NCBI GenBank assembly: GCA_028534125.1
Contig: CM052816.1
Coordinates: forward strand, 36,706,001-36,770,000
Length of the DNA stretch: 64,000 nucleotides
Source of the DNA: Lama glama
Taxonomy: Eukaryota
Direction of reading: 5' to 3'
Positions 1 through 13,099 of this stretch are shown piece by piece (positions within the stretch are counted from its first letter, which is position 1; every line of letters starts with the position of its first letter). Both the position numbers and the translations under genes were made by a program. The notes beneath the pieces are model-generated. The model was not told the DNA's origin. It did no database searches and saw only the letters and a program-made list of their open reading frames with translations.

Positions 1-14
1 ATGCAGTCATGCAT

Positions 15-190
15 GTGAGAATACAGCTGAAGAATGACACTGGAACTAGAGATCTAAATTTGGCACTAGACAGCAAATAGTATTTCAAGCCATGGGACTA
101 GATATGATCACACATAAACAGATTGTGAGTAAAGAAGATGCCAGAAGTCTGATTCAACCAGAACAGCCAGGGAGGTAGGAGGAAAGAAGG
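15..190 (-). mobile_element. L2 LINE fragment
   Basis: 'gagatctaaatttggc...tatttcaagccatgggactagatatgatcac' resembles antisense L2; boundaries approximate. Confidence 0.65.
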
Positions 191-1920
191 CCTTTTAATG
201 ACCTCTTAATACATACCTATTTAAATAAATAAAAGTACCTATTTATAATAATTCGTAAATAAATTGGTTTGCATATAAATTGCAATCCACAGTGAATTTT
301 GTCACAGAGAACAAGACCTTTTTCTCATTTTTTTTTGTTCTTCATTTTTATGAAAGACACCCACTATTGATCCGAGTCAAGCAAACCAGGAACTTAGGAC
401 AGTCTTTTGACATCAGACTCTCTGATGAAGCACTGGATGTTTCCCAGAAAAATAAATCTCTCCATAATATTCATTTCCACATTTAATACCAACATATATA
501 ATTATTTGAAAGAGACAGTGAATATGTGTATCCATTTCAGATAAGACATAAGACATGTAATTATGATTTAGGGTTTTGTAAGACAGGAAACTATCTGGTT
601 TGCAAACTTTCCTATAACTGTAGCTCTTATCATTATATTAGAGCTGGATGCATTAGTGTAAGATACAAACAGTATCATTTCTGTTACCGATATAGAACTA
701 TTATTATTAACGATTTCATGTTTTGCATTCAACTGCAACATATTTCTCTTTCTTAATTTAACTAAATTTTATGGTCCATGTGTGTTCCAAATGTCTACTC
801 AATGGTCTGCAGATGCCAAGAGTTTGAGAAATGGTCCATTAATGAGTAGCCTGAATCTATAAACCAACTATTTCGAATATATGCCAGTAGTTAGTACCAA
901 AAATAGTATTTATCTGTTTTCTTAGCGTACACTCTTTGTTCTTAGAAAAAAGCGAAGTGTGTGATGGTTGAGAAAGATAGATAATTCTCTTTCAGGGCCC
1001 AAATGTCATTTGTATTTTCTGTCTAATGCTGGATACATTTAATTGACAATATACAATAGGTCACAGCTTAATCATGGGGATTATAGTAATATTTTATTCC
1101 TGCTCCATCAAAGCATGTTTTTAACATAAATATATTTTTAACAATTATTTTAAAAGGTGTCAAAAGCCTTTTGAAAATACTTTGTATGATGTAATTTTAC
1201 ACCCTTCTGTGAGAAATAAGTTTGTTTTGTTCTTAAGCATGTCAAGACATAGACTTCCTTCTATAACCTTAGGAAAATGAGAATAAGAAGTCAAAGAAAA
1301 TATTCATGTGTATTTGGATTTAGGCTCTTCCTTCCTTGAAGAGAGTTGCAAGAATGGCCTTAGAGATTTTCCCCTGAGCTTCTTTGATACTATGCTGTAA
1401 TGTGTTGAAGTCATACCCATTTTTAACTCCTAAACTGTTTTTAATTAGGCAGGCTTGAAATTCTTGAAATAAAACATGTCTTCAGATCTTTGTATTCTTA
1501 AAGTTGAGAAGAAAAACTGGCAGTAACTGGAGGGGACCTTGCATCCCTATAAACCACTTATTATTTTATGGGATTTCATTGTGATAAGAAAAATGGAGGG
1601 CATGTTTAGCAAACAGAGAAACTTCATCAGAATCTCTGATTAAGTTAGTGATGAGGCTGTTTAAGAAAACAGAATACAAAGGAGCCTCTCAATTTATGCA
1701 GTGGACTTACATTTTACCCAAAACTGCTTTCTAAGGACAAAATATTTTGCTTTCATTTTGATGCTTCCTGAGTCTCCCAGTCCTGCTTTTGATTAGGTTT
1801 TCCAAGATAAAAGCATATTACTGAAATTGTCAGACACAAAGAATGAAAGAAAAGATCCCATTTCTTGTATTTTCCTTTCCAGAAGATCCAGGCAGCTGCT
1901 AGTCACTATATTTCAAGTAT

Positions 1921-1969
1921 AGAAAGAAAAAGAAAGAAGGAAGGAAGGAAGGAAGGAAGGAAGGAAGGA

Positions 1970-2020
<51 letters not shown>

Positions 2021-2208
2021 GAAGAAAGAAAAGAAAAAAGAAAGAAAGAAAAGAAAAAAGAAAGAAAGAAAGAAGGGGAAGAAAGAAAGAAGAGGAAGAA
2101 AGAAAGATGAGGAAGAAAAGGAAGGGAAGGAAGAAAGAGAAGGAGGAAGAAAGAAAGGAGGAAGAAGGAAGGAGGAGGAAGGAAGGAAGGGAGGAAAGAG
2201 AAAAAAAA
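1921..2208. repeat. Compound (GAAG)n/(GAAA)n polypurine microsatellite
   Basis: About 290 nt, almost entirely A/G, with GGAA and GAAA tandem units; explains the low-complexity ORFs 1865..2110 and 1913..2299. Confidence 0.98.
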
Positions 2209-3334
2209 TAGGGCTAGTTTTATCTGGTTTATTATAACTATCTCCTGATTTGAGTCTCATAGTTAATATAGATGTCCAGTAAAATCTACTAGGCTTCATA
2301 TATCTATTATATTATTAACTATCCCTGCTTTATTGGCTAATTTAGAATTTCACTGAAATATCTACAAATGAGGCTATATATCTCAGTGATAATAGTTCTA
2401 AACTGCATTAGGCACCTAATCTGCTTACTATCACTTCTTGGCATAATACTAATTTTTAATAGTGACTTTAATTTCAGAAATGCTCTGCAGATTCTAAAAT
2501 TTTAAAAGCAATGGTTACCACCAGCAGAATGGCTTCTAGATAAGTGGATAATTATAATCTTTCTCAGAGCTAAGTTAATTAGCTACCGCCTTTTCCTAAG
2601 GAGAACGCTTTGTACTTTGCACATTTCTCAGTAGCTATTTATTAGACAGAAGAGCCATGACTAAGCAAGTTAGGCTATTTACGATCATTTAACTTGGTAT
2701 AATAAAACAGAACCATGCAGTGATGGACTGAATTCCTTATGTCAGAACTAGACAGAATTCTGAGACTAATAATGGAACAGAGCCTGAAAGGACACAGCAC
2801 TTAAAACCTCTACTGAGTTTACTTGATTTTACTTGTTGGAGAAAGTAATTTCACAATTTTTTCAAAGTAATATCAAGATTCAATTGCTAATAGGTAAAGA
2901 TGAAGCAACACTAACATTTTGAAGAACAAGGATGCTAATGCAAGTGAAAGTCTCTGTGGCCCTCCTATTTCCTAGGATTTCATAACCTTCACTATGGGAC
3001 TTGAGAATAGGGTTGAGAAATTTTATAGTGCTTTGCAAAGAATACTTGCAGTACCAATGTGATAAGCATTCAACAAGCACACACATCTCTTTGAAACAAT
3101 TTGGCTTAGAATTTCAGGCTAAAATAGTTCTTTTAAAAGATAATAATGGGATTGTAGAGCTACTTTATTTTAGAACAGTGTTTCTAGACTCAGATTAAGA
3201 AACAGAAAGATTCCTAAGGGCTTTTAAGAGAAGTGAAATGATTTCACTTCACACAAGGCTCGTAACAATACCCCATGAATGTGACTTCTGCATTTGTAGA
3301 GTACCTAGTGTGACTTGGCTCAATCACTTACTAT

Positions 3335-3995
3335 CTATGTGACCTTAAGCAAATTACTGTGCTTCAGTATTGTCTTTGGTAAATGGAGATAACGTAACAA
3401 TGTTATAACAATTAAATAAATTAATACATGGAATTGGCTAAGAATCAAACTTAATGCATGGATGTTGTTACCAGGTCCAAACTCATTCTGCTCACCACAT
3501 GACAGGCCAATAAATCGGGAGATGAGGTGTTGGGGCAAAGAATAATGACTTTATTCAGAAATCCAGCAGACTGAGAAGATGGCAAACTAATGTCCTGGAG
3601 AACCATCTTGCCCAAGTCAGAATTCAGGCTTCTATTATACTAAAAAGGGGTAAGGGGTGTGGTTGGTTGTTGCAAATGTCTTGGTTTGAGAATCCTTTGT
3701 TCTTGCAGCTGTCCACATAGGTTAGTCCATGATGTGCCTGTCAATCTCCAACAAGACACAAGTTATTTTCTGTTCTACAACTTTTTATCTCAATATGAAT
3801 GGAATAGTGTTATACCCTTAAAGTTCAGAGCCTTAAGAATGGGCTATCCTGTGTATTACAAAGGTGCAGAACCAGCATGACTAAGCACTGGAAACAGAAC
3901 ACAGGATTTGAGCTAAAGGAATAGATCTAATATGGAATCAGATTTGTTCTTCCCTATTACAGTGTTACTTAAAAATATCTATCATATTACTGTTA
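3335..3995 (+). mobile_element. MIR SINE split by an LTR insertion (MIR parts ~3335-3465 and ~3962-3995)
   Basis: MIR core-like 'tgtgaccttaagcaaattact...gcttcagt...taaatggagataa'; tail-like sequence resumes after the LTR. Confidence 0.6.
3466..3961 (-). mobile_element. ERV1-class solo LTR (MER41-like)
   Basis: 496 bp, TGTTA...TTACA termini, near-perfect 4-bp TSD (atgt/gtgt), AATAAA on the minus strand near 3550, TATA-like motif near 3635. Confidence 0.85.
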
Positions 3996-5419
3996 ATATC
4001 TTGTTTGAAAAAATATAATATTCCCATATAAAAATTTAAGATATTTTTAGAGAAAAAAATACTTGAAACTTTGAAGTTATCAATTTCCGGTGTATTTGGA
4101 TGCAAATCTGGCATTGGTGTACATTCATTTTTTTCCCCTTTACTTCATTCATCATTTGTCTTTTAAAAAACAAAACAACAAATGCAAAAAATATCTTTTC
4201 CAAGAATTTTTAAGTGTAAAGGATGAGAGAATGTGACCTAATATTTAGTGAGAACCTGTGTGATCCAGGTCCTGAGTGTATCTCATTTTGATATTGAAGT
4301 GTCATGAGTCTATGAATATTCCCTCCTCCTTTGTTGCAGTATTTCCCTCAGAGATGACTCACCTGCTAAAACTTTGTTGCCCTATTGATTCACTCTCACC
4401 TGGCTGTTTATCTTTTGTAGCTGTAGCTAATTAGACTCATTTGCAAACAGCATTCCAGCAATTTTTTACTTTCTATTTGAATTCCAAAAAATACTTTTTA
4501 CATCTTCATCCACTATGAGTCTATAAAATAAGGCTTGTATTACATATTAAAAGTTGTTCTTTAAGATGTTGTTTTCTTCATTAAAATGCTTTCTTGATAA
4601 TGTTGGCCTCAGAAGATGCAACATATTTTGCTTATTCAGATCCAAGAGGAAAATCAGCAATATGCTGCATGACAATTATGCCACATTAAGTTTTGTAACA
4701 TAACCTGGAATCTCTTCACTGAAACCATTGCCCATTATTAGCTGATTCATATGACAACACTAAAATATAAATCTAATATTTAAAATAAATTTTGTATGTT
4801 TTATTGCACAATTAAAATAAGGTAATCTCTGGGTTAAATTAGCTACAAAGACTTTAAATTACAATATATAAAATCAATTCATGGATGACAGATATCTTTA
4901 GCATAATACTGAAATGCTGTTTTGATTTTATCAGTAATGAATAATTTTATAATATGTTATAGAACTATGGTCTATTCAAGGAAAAAAATATGTGTAGATT
5001 GAGTAGGTCAAATTTTAAGAAAAGTTACTTTACAACTCTTTCTTTAGTCAAAAATTATTGAAATAATATCCTGCTGGACAGCTGTGTTTCCAAAAGTTAC
5101 TAATGAAAAGAATGCTGCCTGTGCACATGTTAGCACATTTTAAATCCCTTGACTTGAAGTAGTGAGAATATTTTAAAAGCATGTTCAATTTACAAAGTAA
5201 ATGCATTAAGTACTATTAAGGCTGCACTCATTTTAATTTTTCATCTTATTTGTTAATTCTCATTATATTTAATTTTTACCACTTCTCTTAGAATAAAAGT
5301 AAAGATTATAAGGCTAATTCATTTAGGAAACTTTGAAAAAAAAGAAAGTCAAAATTCAGCTGGTTTTTATTTGAATGTAATGGAAAGGATACCAAAGGAA
5401 GACTAAGAAGAAAGGCAAA

Positions 5420-7250
5420 ATCCAATCCATTCAAAATTTTATCATGATGATTACAGACTTGGTCTTTATCCTAAGAACAGTAGGAAGCCAATGGAGACAC
5501 TTAAGCAAAGAGTTGCCTTATTCAGAATTGTGTTTTAAAATATCACTCTTTTATGTCAGTGGTTAATTCAAAGGACCCAGGAGGATATATAGGGACAGTC
5601 TTTAGATCTTTCTAAAAACTGAGGAAAAGCCACTGGCAATAACTGTAGGGGAGCATGTTATTGATGTTAATATGTATTCAAAGTATATATTAAGTGCTTC
5701 AGTCTTATTCTAATTACGTGGAAGTGAAATGAATATGAAAAATGATGTCCATGATCTTAAAGCTCACATTATAATGCACCAAAATATTCAATAATTAATT
5801 AAACAAATTAATTAAACAAGTAAGTGATTAATGAAACAAATAAAGCAGTCAATTCTAACTTCTATAAATGAAAAAAATATGTGATCAATAGTAGTAGCTG
5901 ATTTGAGGATACTGTATATAGTAAAGTCAGAGAAGTACTTTTTGAAGAGAAGTCTGTTGGTCTGAGATTCAAATTCCAAAACTTGAATTGTTAAGAATTT
6001 ATGAAGATTTTCCCAGGAATTTGGCATGCCAAATATATAGGAATTTTGAGGAATATTCTTTTATAAAAAGAAGGCTAGTATGTCTGGAGTTAAGTAAATG
6101 AGAAAACAGAGGTATAAAAATGGCAGTTGAGAGGCAAAAACTAAATGATTTCTAATTTCCTGGGTAGATCAGATTAACCCCTAAAAGCCCAGATCCTAGG
6201 AATGGAAGGCTTTAAAGGAGATGTGATATTTGTTATATTTTTGAAAGATCACTCTGGCAAACCAATGGAAAATGAGAAGCTGGTGAAATGTACAGTAATA
6301 TAAGTAAGGAATAATGAAATTAGGGAAATGGGTTGGAGCCTTTTAAGCAGTACAGGCAAGATAGACAACAGCTTAAAATAGGTTAGTAATATTGGAGACA
6401 AAATTATAATATTTTCCATATCTTTTGGAATTAGGATCAGTAAGATTTGCTGATGCCATGATTTTTAAATCCATCAGGGAGATTGATTTGATTGGACCTG
6501 GTAATGTTTATGTATAGGATGACTCCCATGAATAGGGAGCTGGTGTCCTCTTTGCTAAAATACTAGAATAGGAATGCTGATATCAGTTTTGGACATACTG
6601 AGTTTTAAATTCAAGAGGAGATTCTACATGGGCAGTTAGTTGAGACTTAGTTACAGATACAAGTTTGGAAGCCCATGACATATAATTGGTGATTTAGAGC
6701 ACTTTAGGAAAGAATATATATTGAAAAGAAAATTATATAGGCTCAGCCTTGAAGCACTCCAACATATTAAGTACTGGTAGAGGTCTTGGAAACAACAAAA
6801 GAACCTGAGATACTTTGGCAGAAGAGTAGAAGAAATAATGTGGAGCTATGAGAATCAACAGGAGAAAATGAGGTTGAGTGGTCAACCCTTCCTCATGTTC
6901 CTGAGTGGTCAGTGAAAGAAGGCAGAACGCAAATGTGAAGATTGGCCTTTGATAAGAGGAAGGACTGTCCCAATTTTATCAGATGGGTAGGGGGAAAGGA
7001 GAACGCCAAATGCAGCTCAGTCTGTAGGTGCTTTAGAAAGATGAGGTAGCTCCTGTTCAATATCTTTTATATTATTAGGAAAGTGAGGTCAATTAATGAG
7101 AGTAAATTGGAAGTATAAGTTTGGAGATCGAGGGAAGAGAGGTTTTATATTTTTGGAGAAATAAAGAGAAAGCTGATCAAAGAAATTGAGTGGCTTTTCT
7201 TAACTCATTTTAATGTACAGTTAAATTAAATAATCATGACTTCATGGTAG
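5420..7250 (-). mobile_element. Degraded L2 LINE fragments
   Basis: Antisense L2-like motifs: 'ggtctttatcctaagaacagtaggaagccaatgg', 'tttgaaagatcactctggc', 'cagttttggacatactgagtttt', 'gatacaagtttggaagcccat'. Confidence 0.75.
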
Positions 7251-7734
7251 AGATACAGAGATTTGAATGTCTTTTATCCACTCTGTGAGCAATCACAAAA
7301 TTTTTATTAATTCAGGTAAAGTAAAATGATAACAAATATGGGTAAAAGGCTTTCTGAAATTGGCAAAACAGTTTCTGATTATTTAATATAAATTTAGTAT
7401 AAGTGTGGGGAATACATTGATAAAGGAATTTAGTGTATTTGAAAAAGTCATTGTAATTAGTATTTATATATTACTAGGAAGTTAAAACATGAGGTGTGTG
7501 ATGGTTGAAAGGAATGAAGACTTTAACAGAATATGAGTTTCAAAGGGGTAAAAAATACAGTAGTAATACTTGAACAAAAAAGCTGGTAGAATAATATTAT
7601 GTCAATAATCTGTGGGTTTTTGAAACAGCTAAATTAAAATGTGGAAGCACTCCTAGATTATAAAATTTCTACATAACCTAAGGAATGAGTTCTCAACTTT
7701 AAATTCTGTAGAAGATCCTATACCTATAATCTTT

Positions 7735-9660
7735 CACATAACATTTGTAGTGACATTTTTGACATAATTATGAATTCATATGTAGTTGTAAGAAAAAATG
7801 CAAAAACTGTGTATACTTTATCCAGTTTCTCGTCAATGGTAACACTGTAAAACTGTAGATAATATCACAATCATAATACTGATATTACATAATCCACAAA
7901 TCTTACTTATAGTTTACCATTTTATATGTAGTCATTTGTTTGTGCCAGTGTGTGTACATATTCAGCTTTCTACAACTTTATGACTTGTGTAGGTTTGTGT
8001 ATCTAGTGCTACAGTTAAGGTACTGACAGCACGTACCATCACCATTAAGGGTCCCTCATGTTGCTTCCTTATAATTATAGGCACTTCAGTCCAACACTAC
8101 CTTCCCCCTAGCACTGACCTCTGGCAACAATTAATATGTTCTCTCTAAACTTTTGTCTTTTTAAAGTGCTGTGTTAAGGAATAATATCATATATTATTGA
8201 GAATTGGCTTTTTCACTCAGTATTATTTCCCAGTTTTATCTACATAATTGTTGTGTATCAATGATTTTTTTTGCTTAGTATTTAATAACCTGTATGAACC
8301 ACCATTTAACCATTCACCTTTATTCATTCATTATTTGTATACAAGAATTTTATAAGCAAATAGTGTTAAGTAATTTTCCTTGTTCATTATTATACTTATT
8401 ACTTTTTAAAAAATGTTTTCATGCATAACCTGAACCTTCAGTATGGTATTAAGTAGAAGAGGTGAAGGCAAGCATTGTGTAGGTTTTTGGTAGATGCTAT
8501 ATATTATATCGAAGAAATTCCTACTTCTTCCTAATGTGCAAAAAGGGGTTTTCTTTTTTTTTTTCCAGCATGATTGCATGCTGAAGTTTACTTAATGTTT
8601 TCCTTCATTTATTGGGATAATCATGTAATATTTTTTCCTTTCTCTGGTTAATATGTTTAATTATATTGATTGATTCTCCATCAGTCTTATATTCCTGGAA
8701 TAAATGCCACTTAGTCATGATGTAATATATTTTTTCATATTTCCCTGGCTTGATTTGCTATTGTGGTTTTAGAACTTTTATATTCATAAAGGGATTTTTA
8801 TCATCTCATAAAGTCCTTGTTTTGGTTATTATTAAGGATATGAGGGCTTATGTGAAGATTTGGAAAATATTCCCTCTTTCTTTCTTCTTTGGAAAACTTT
8901 ATGTGAGACTGGTGATATTTCTTTCTTGTATGTGTGGAAGAATTCATTTCCAAAATGATTTCAGCCTGGAGTTTTCTTTGTGCAAAGATTTTAATAATAG
9001 ATTCAATTTTAAAAGAGATATAATAGTATTTAGATCTATTTTCCTTTGTGCCTTAAATATTATTGTTGTTTTATTTGTTAATTATACATATATTTAAAAA
9101 CACAATGCATTACCATTTCTGGTTTCTATACCTAATATGTGGTTATATGAGTTACATTTTTACTCTTTTCATTGTTCATCATTTCTGCTTGTATATTCAA
9201 AAGGGGTCATTATTGGTCTTTGAAGTTCAATATAAATTTAAGAATTTGTTTTGTCTTCTTTTCCTCTCAAAAAGACAAAACTGGCTGGAGTTTTTATTGG
9301 AGCTGTGATTACTCTATAGATCAATTTGGGGGATAATTTATATAGTATTCCATGAAATATTTATGTCTCCTTTAATTCTTAATAGTTTTAGTTTTCATTA
9401 TACATCTTTTTATACAATTTATATATTCCTTTCTATATGTTTGATATTACTGATGTTATAAATGGAAACATTTAAAAATTTCATCTACATTATGTTTTTG
9501 CTTTTGTATAAGTATGCAAAATACTGCAGTTTAACTCAATATAATCTGTTTGCTTGATAAATTCTCTTAGGAATTTTAGTAGGTTTTTTTTGTATATTCT
9601 TTTCTGTACGTACATGTATGTGGTCTACAGTAGAAGCATACAACTCATTCTTCCAATATT
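7735..9660 (-). mobile_element. Old L1 (L1MB-like 3' UTR plus ORF2 fragments)
   Basis: 'atactttatccagtttctcgtcaatggtaacact', 'ggctttttcactcagtatt', 'attcctggaataaatgccacttagtcatgatgt', 'ctatagatcaatttggggga'. Confidence 0.8.
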
Positions 9661-9882
9661 ATGTTTTTTAAGTCTCTCACCCAGCTCCACAGGATTATAA
9701 ACTGTATGTTTTTTGTCTTTCAGATTATTGTAGTTCATACATTTAGCAAGTATTTTACCACTGTGTAATGGTGGGTCACTCTGATTCCAACAATTGTAAC
9801 AGTTTACTCACTGTGCAACACCTTGCCCTAAAGCCAGTGGTAAATATTCAGGGTGCTGTTATGTTAAGAACTTTCTCCTAGG

Positions 9883-10255
9883 TATTAGTTTCTGTGTGAG
9901 TCATCTGTTGTCACCTACTGCACACACCACAAAAATCTCAGCAGCATGTCTTAACCAGGATTCCTTTAGGGCTTGTGGATGTGTATATTGGCTGTGGAAT
10001 TGGCTAGGCTAGTTTGATATACTCCAAATATATCCATTTCACCCTTAGGGATATTGGCTACCTCAAATATATTCTAATCTTGATCAATGTCAAAAACTTC
10101 CAAGAGAGATAATGGAAATGACCAAAATTTCTTAAGGCACAGACTTAGAACTGGCTCGCTGTCACTTCTACCCAAATCCCACAGAGCAAAGCAAGTCATG
10201 TGGTCAAGAACAATAGCAATGGGTGCGAAGTATCTATTCTTCCTGTTCCATACAG
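9883..10255. mobile_element. MaLR MLT1-type LTR (old, degraded)
   Basis: 'accacaaaaatctcagcagc', 'ttcttaaggcacagacttagaactggctcgctgtcacttctaccc...aagcaagtcatgtggtcaag'. Confidence 0.7.
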
Positions 10256-10764
10256 CTTCAGGACTTGGAAAATGTCTTGGGGAGACTAGCTTTATCTTTG
10301 AGACTGGAAATGTTTCCAAGTTATTCACCAGAGTCCTACAAAACCACCAAAATCTTGGCTGTTGTCTCAGTAGTGGCACTGTTAATGGGCAAGGCACAGC
10401 TTCTGAGCCTGCTGCCTGTATCTAGAATCAGAGGATACCTCCAGAGAAAAATCAGCAATAGAAAATTTGATCCATGGTTCTACTGTGTCAAAAATCTTAC
10501 GTCTTCTAGTTCTCATTGCTTGAGTAGCTCACTGATGTCTTTTAATAGTTTGCATTTTTTAACTTACCTTCTTCTCTATTTGTTTCTTTTGGCATTAGCT
10601 ATGCCTTCCTTTCTAGGAGTAAAATTCCCCCAGTTGTTTCTTAAATAAATGCAGTATTAGTGTTATTCTTGAAACTCTTTTAGAAATATGATATGCTTGC
10701 CTTTTTTTTTTTACTCTATAGATATCATCACTAATTTCAAGTTTATTTGGTCATACTTAGTCTT

Positions 10765-11207
10765 GTGGTTGAGAAACAATTTTCCACAACATTTCTGTGT
10801 ATCTTGTATATGCTTTTATTCATACTATCTTTTCAAGGATGTTTCTATAATTAACAGCCTTAAAAAGTAGAGAGAGTACCCTTCCAGGACATAGAATAGA
10901 TTTATCTGCTATCCAGTAATAAAAATAGTATCTTCTGCTGTTGGGTAGGTTTACCATTTCCTAAGATCTGGGTTTCTTAGCTGTGAGGGAGATTCACTGG
11001 GTACATAGTATTCATCTCCATGGGAAATTTCGGTCTAGAGGAACCAAGGTGAATATAAATTTCAAGCTACCTGCTGGGCCTCTGAGTAATAATATCTTTT
11101 GTCTCTGACTCTGAGTATTGTATCTTCTACTAGCATTCATAAAATTATGACATGATGAATTATTAGCTTTAAGAGAGTAAAATCACACCACCTCACTGTT
11201 CTTGATA
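10765..11207 (+). mobile_element. ERVL-class solo LTR, same family as the LTRs at 35560 and 39719 (MER54/73/74/88-like group; exact family uncertain)
   Basis: Its 3' part 'tgtctctgactctgag...tcttctactagcattcataaaa...ttagctttaagagagtaaaatc...gttcttgata' resembles the reverse complement of 35560-35680 and 39719-39830. Confidence 0.7.
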
Positions 11208-11399
11208 TAAGTTTTACACTTTATAACATATGTATGTGTCCAATTATTTTGTATATCTAAACATTTAAATAAGTTATGTCATTTACGTGACAATAGTGTC
11301 AGTTTGGTATGTGTCTAATTATATTTTCTTGTTAGTTAAAGACACATTACCATGTTTACAAATGAAATAAAAAACCTTTTTATAAATTTTATTGCTTTT

Positions 11400-12470
11400 C
11401 AGATTACTTCATCTTTAAAAATTTTTTATATATTTAAAGTTTATATATTTTGCCCAATTTCTTTCCATTTTTTTTCTTTTTTAAAGTTTACTTGTAGGAG
11501 TTAGTTTTATGTCCATATTATTAAAAACTGCAAACTATTTGTCAGTAATATGTTCAACAAATATCATCTCTCATCCAATATCTTACAGTTAACTATCTTT
11601 ATATTTTCCTTTTATTTAAAGAAATGTATATATTGAATTGATCAATTGATTTATCAAATTAGGAATTTCTCAGCATCAGTTATTTATCGATTTTAAACAT
11701 TTATCAGCATATATAATTTTTATAGTTTTGCCTTTTATATCTTATTTAAGCAACTTGTGATTAATATTTTATCCTATATTTTAATTTAAAATAGTGATTA
11801 TTTGATTTTTTGAACTAAGAATTTAGAGAAAGTTTGTTTTCTATCATTTCTTTTCATATTGGTAGCAATTGTGTAATTTTAATCGGTTATGTTTGTATTT
11901 GGAAAAAAAGATTAAGGAAATAATTGAATAGTAAATATTTTTCAGACCACTGCTGTTATGTAATAGGTCTCTTTAATTATGCTGGACTCTTTTAGGGTTC
12001 TCTAAATTCTGTTCCTATAATCTACCTGCACCATACACAACCTATAGTTTCTGTGACTGAAAAATATGGCTTAATATCTTGTATATTTCTATGGTTAAAT
12101 ATTTCTCTTTTCCTACTATATTATTTCTTCATAAATTTATTAGCTATGCATGCCTCTATGATTTTTTATTTTGATTTTTATAATCATCTTGCCAAGATAT
12201 AAAAAACTATCAAAATTTTAATTAGAAACACATTATATATGTATACATACAGCATATATATGTATATGTACATACATATATATAATAAAAAGTTTTGTTT
12301 GAATAGCTTTATCTCCTAGCCTTGAACATGGAATATTGCTCTTTCATTATTTTTAAATATGTAAAATAATGAAATGTAAATATGTAAAATAATTTTAATG
12401 AAAAAATAGTACTTAACTTGCATTGCTAGGGAATGAAGTGTATTGTTAATGTTTCATTTCTTAAGTATAG
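11400..12470 (-). mobile_element. Very old L1 ORF2 fragments
   Basis: 'tttgcccaatttct', 'aattctgttcctataatctacctgcacc', 'ccttgaacatggaatattgctc'. Confidence 0.55.
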
Positions 12471-13099
12471 CATTGGTTTTTGAATAATACTTTAAAAGTT
12501 ACATATACCATTCATGCATTCTGTAATATGAAAGAACATATACAAATAGTTAACAAGGTCAAGAGTGGCGCATGATGTGGAAGTCATATTTGTAATACAA
12601 AGTCAATCATTTAAATTGTTTGATCTTTTACAATAGGCATGTGATATGTTTGCATTTGAAAAAATAATAAAGATTACAGAGAGAAAAAGACCTTTCAATA
12701 AAATTTTAAAATTTTTTCATAAAACTCTTACTCATCTTTTAAGTTTAGTCCAAGAACTTTCTATTTTAAGTGTGAATACCAAAAAACATATTAAAATTAA
12801 TTTTTTGCTTACTTATTACTAGTAGCTTACTACTAGTATACAAGTGTACTTTTTATTATGTATGCTGATTGCACATCCAAAACAATGGTTAAACTCTCTA
12901 ATTTGTTCTAGTACATTAAAAAAGTTCTCGAATTTTATATAGCCAATCACAGCACTGTAAGTGAAAAAACATGCATTTCTTCCCTTTTGTTTATTTATTT
13001 GTTTGTTTGTTTGTTTGTTTAATCTAGTCATCAGCTAGAAATTCAAATGTATTTGTCCCCTAAGTGCAAACAGCTTTTTCTTCATAATGTCAAGTGGAA

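Noticed and set aside
1865..2299. K/E/R-rich and F/L/S-rich ORFs
   Set aside because: They are translations of the GA microsatellite.
10074..10648. Three overlapping ORFs of 107-141 aa
   Set aside because: They partly overlap an MLT1 LTR, show no recognisable domain and have no convincing splice or promoter context.
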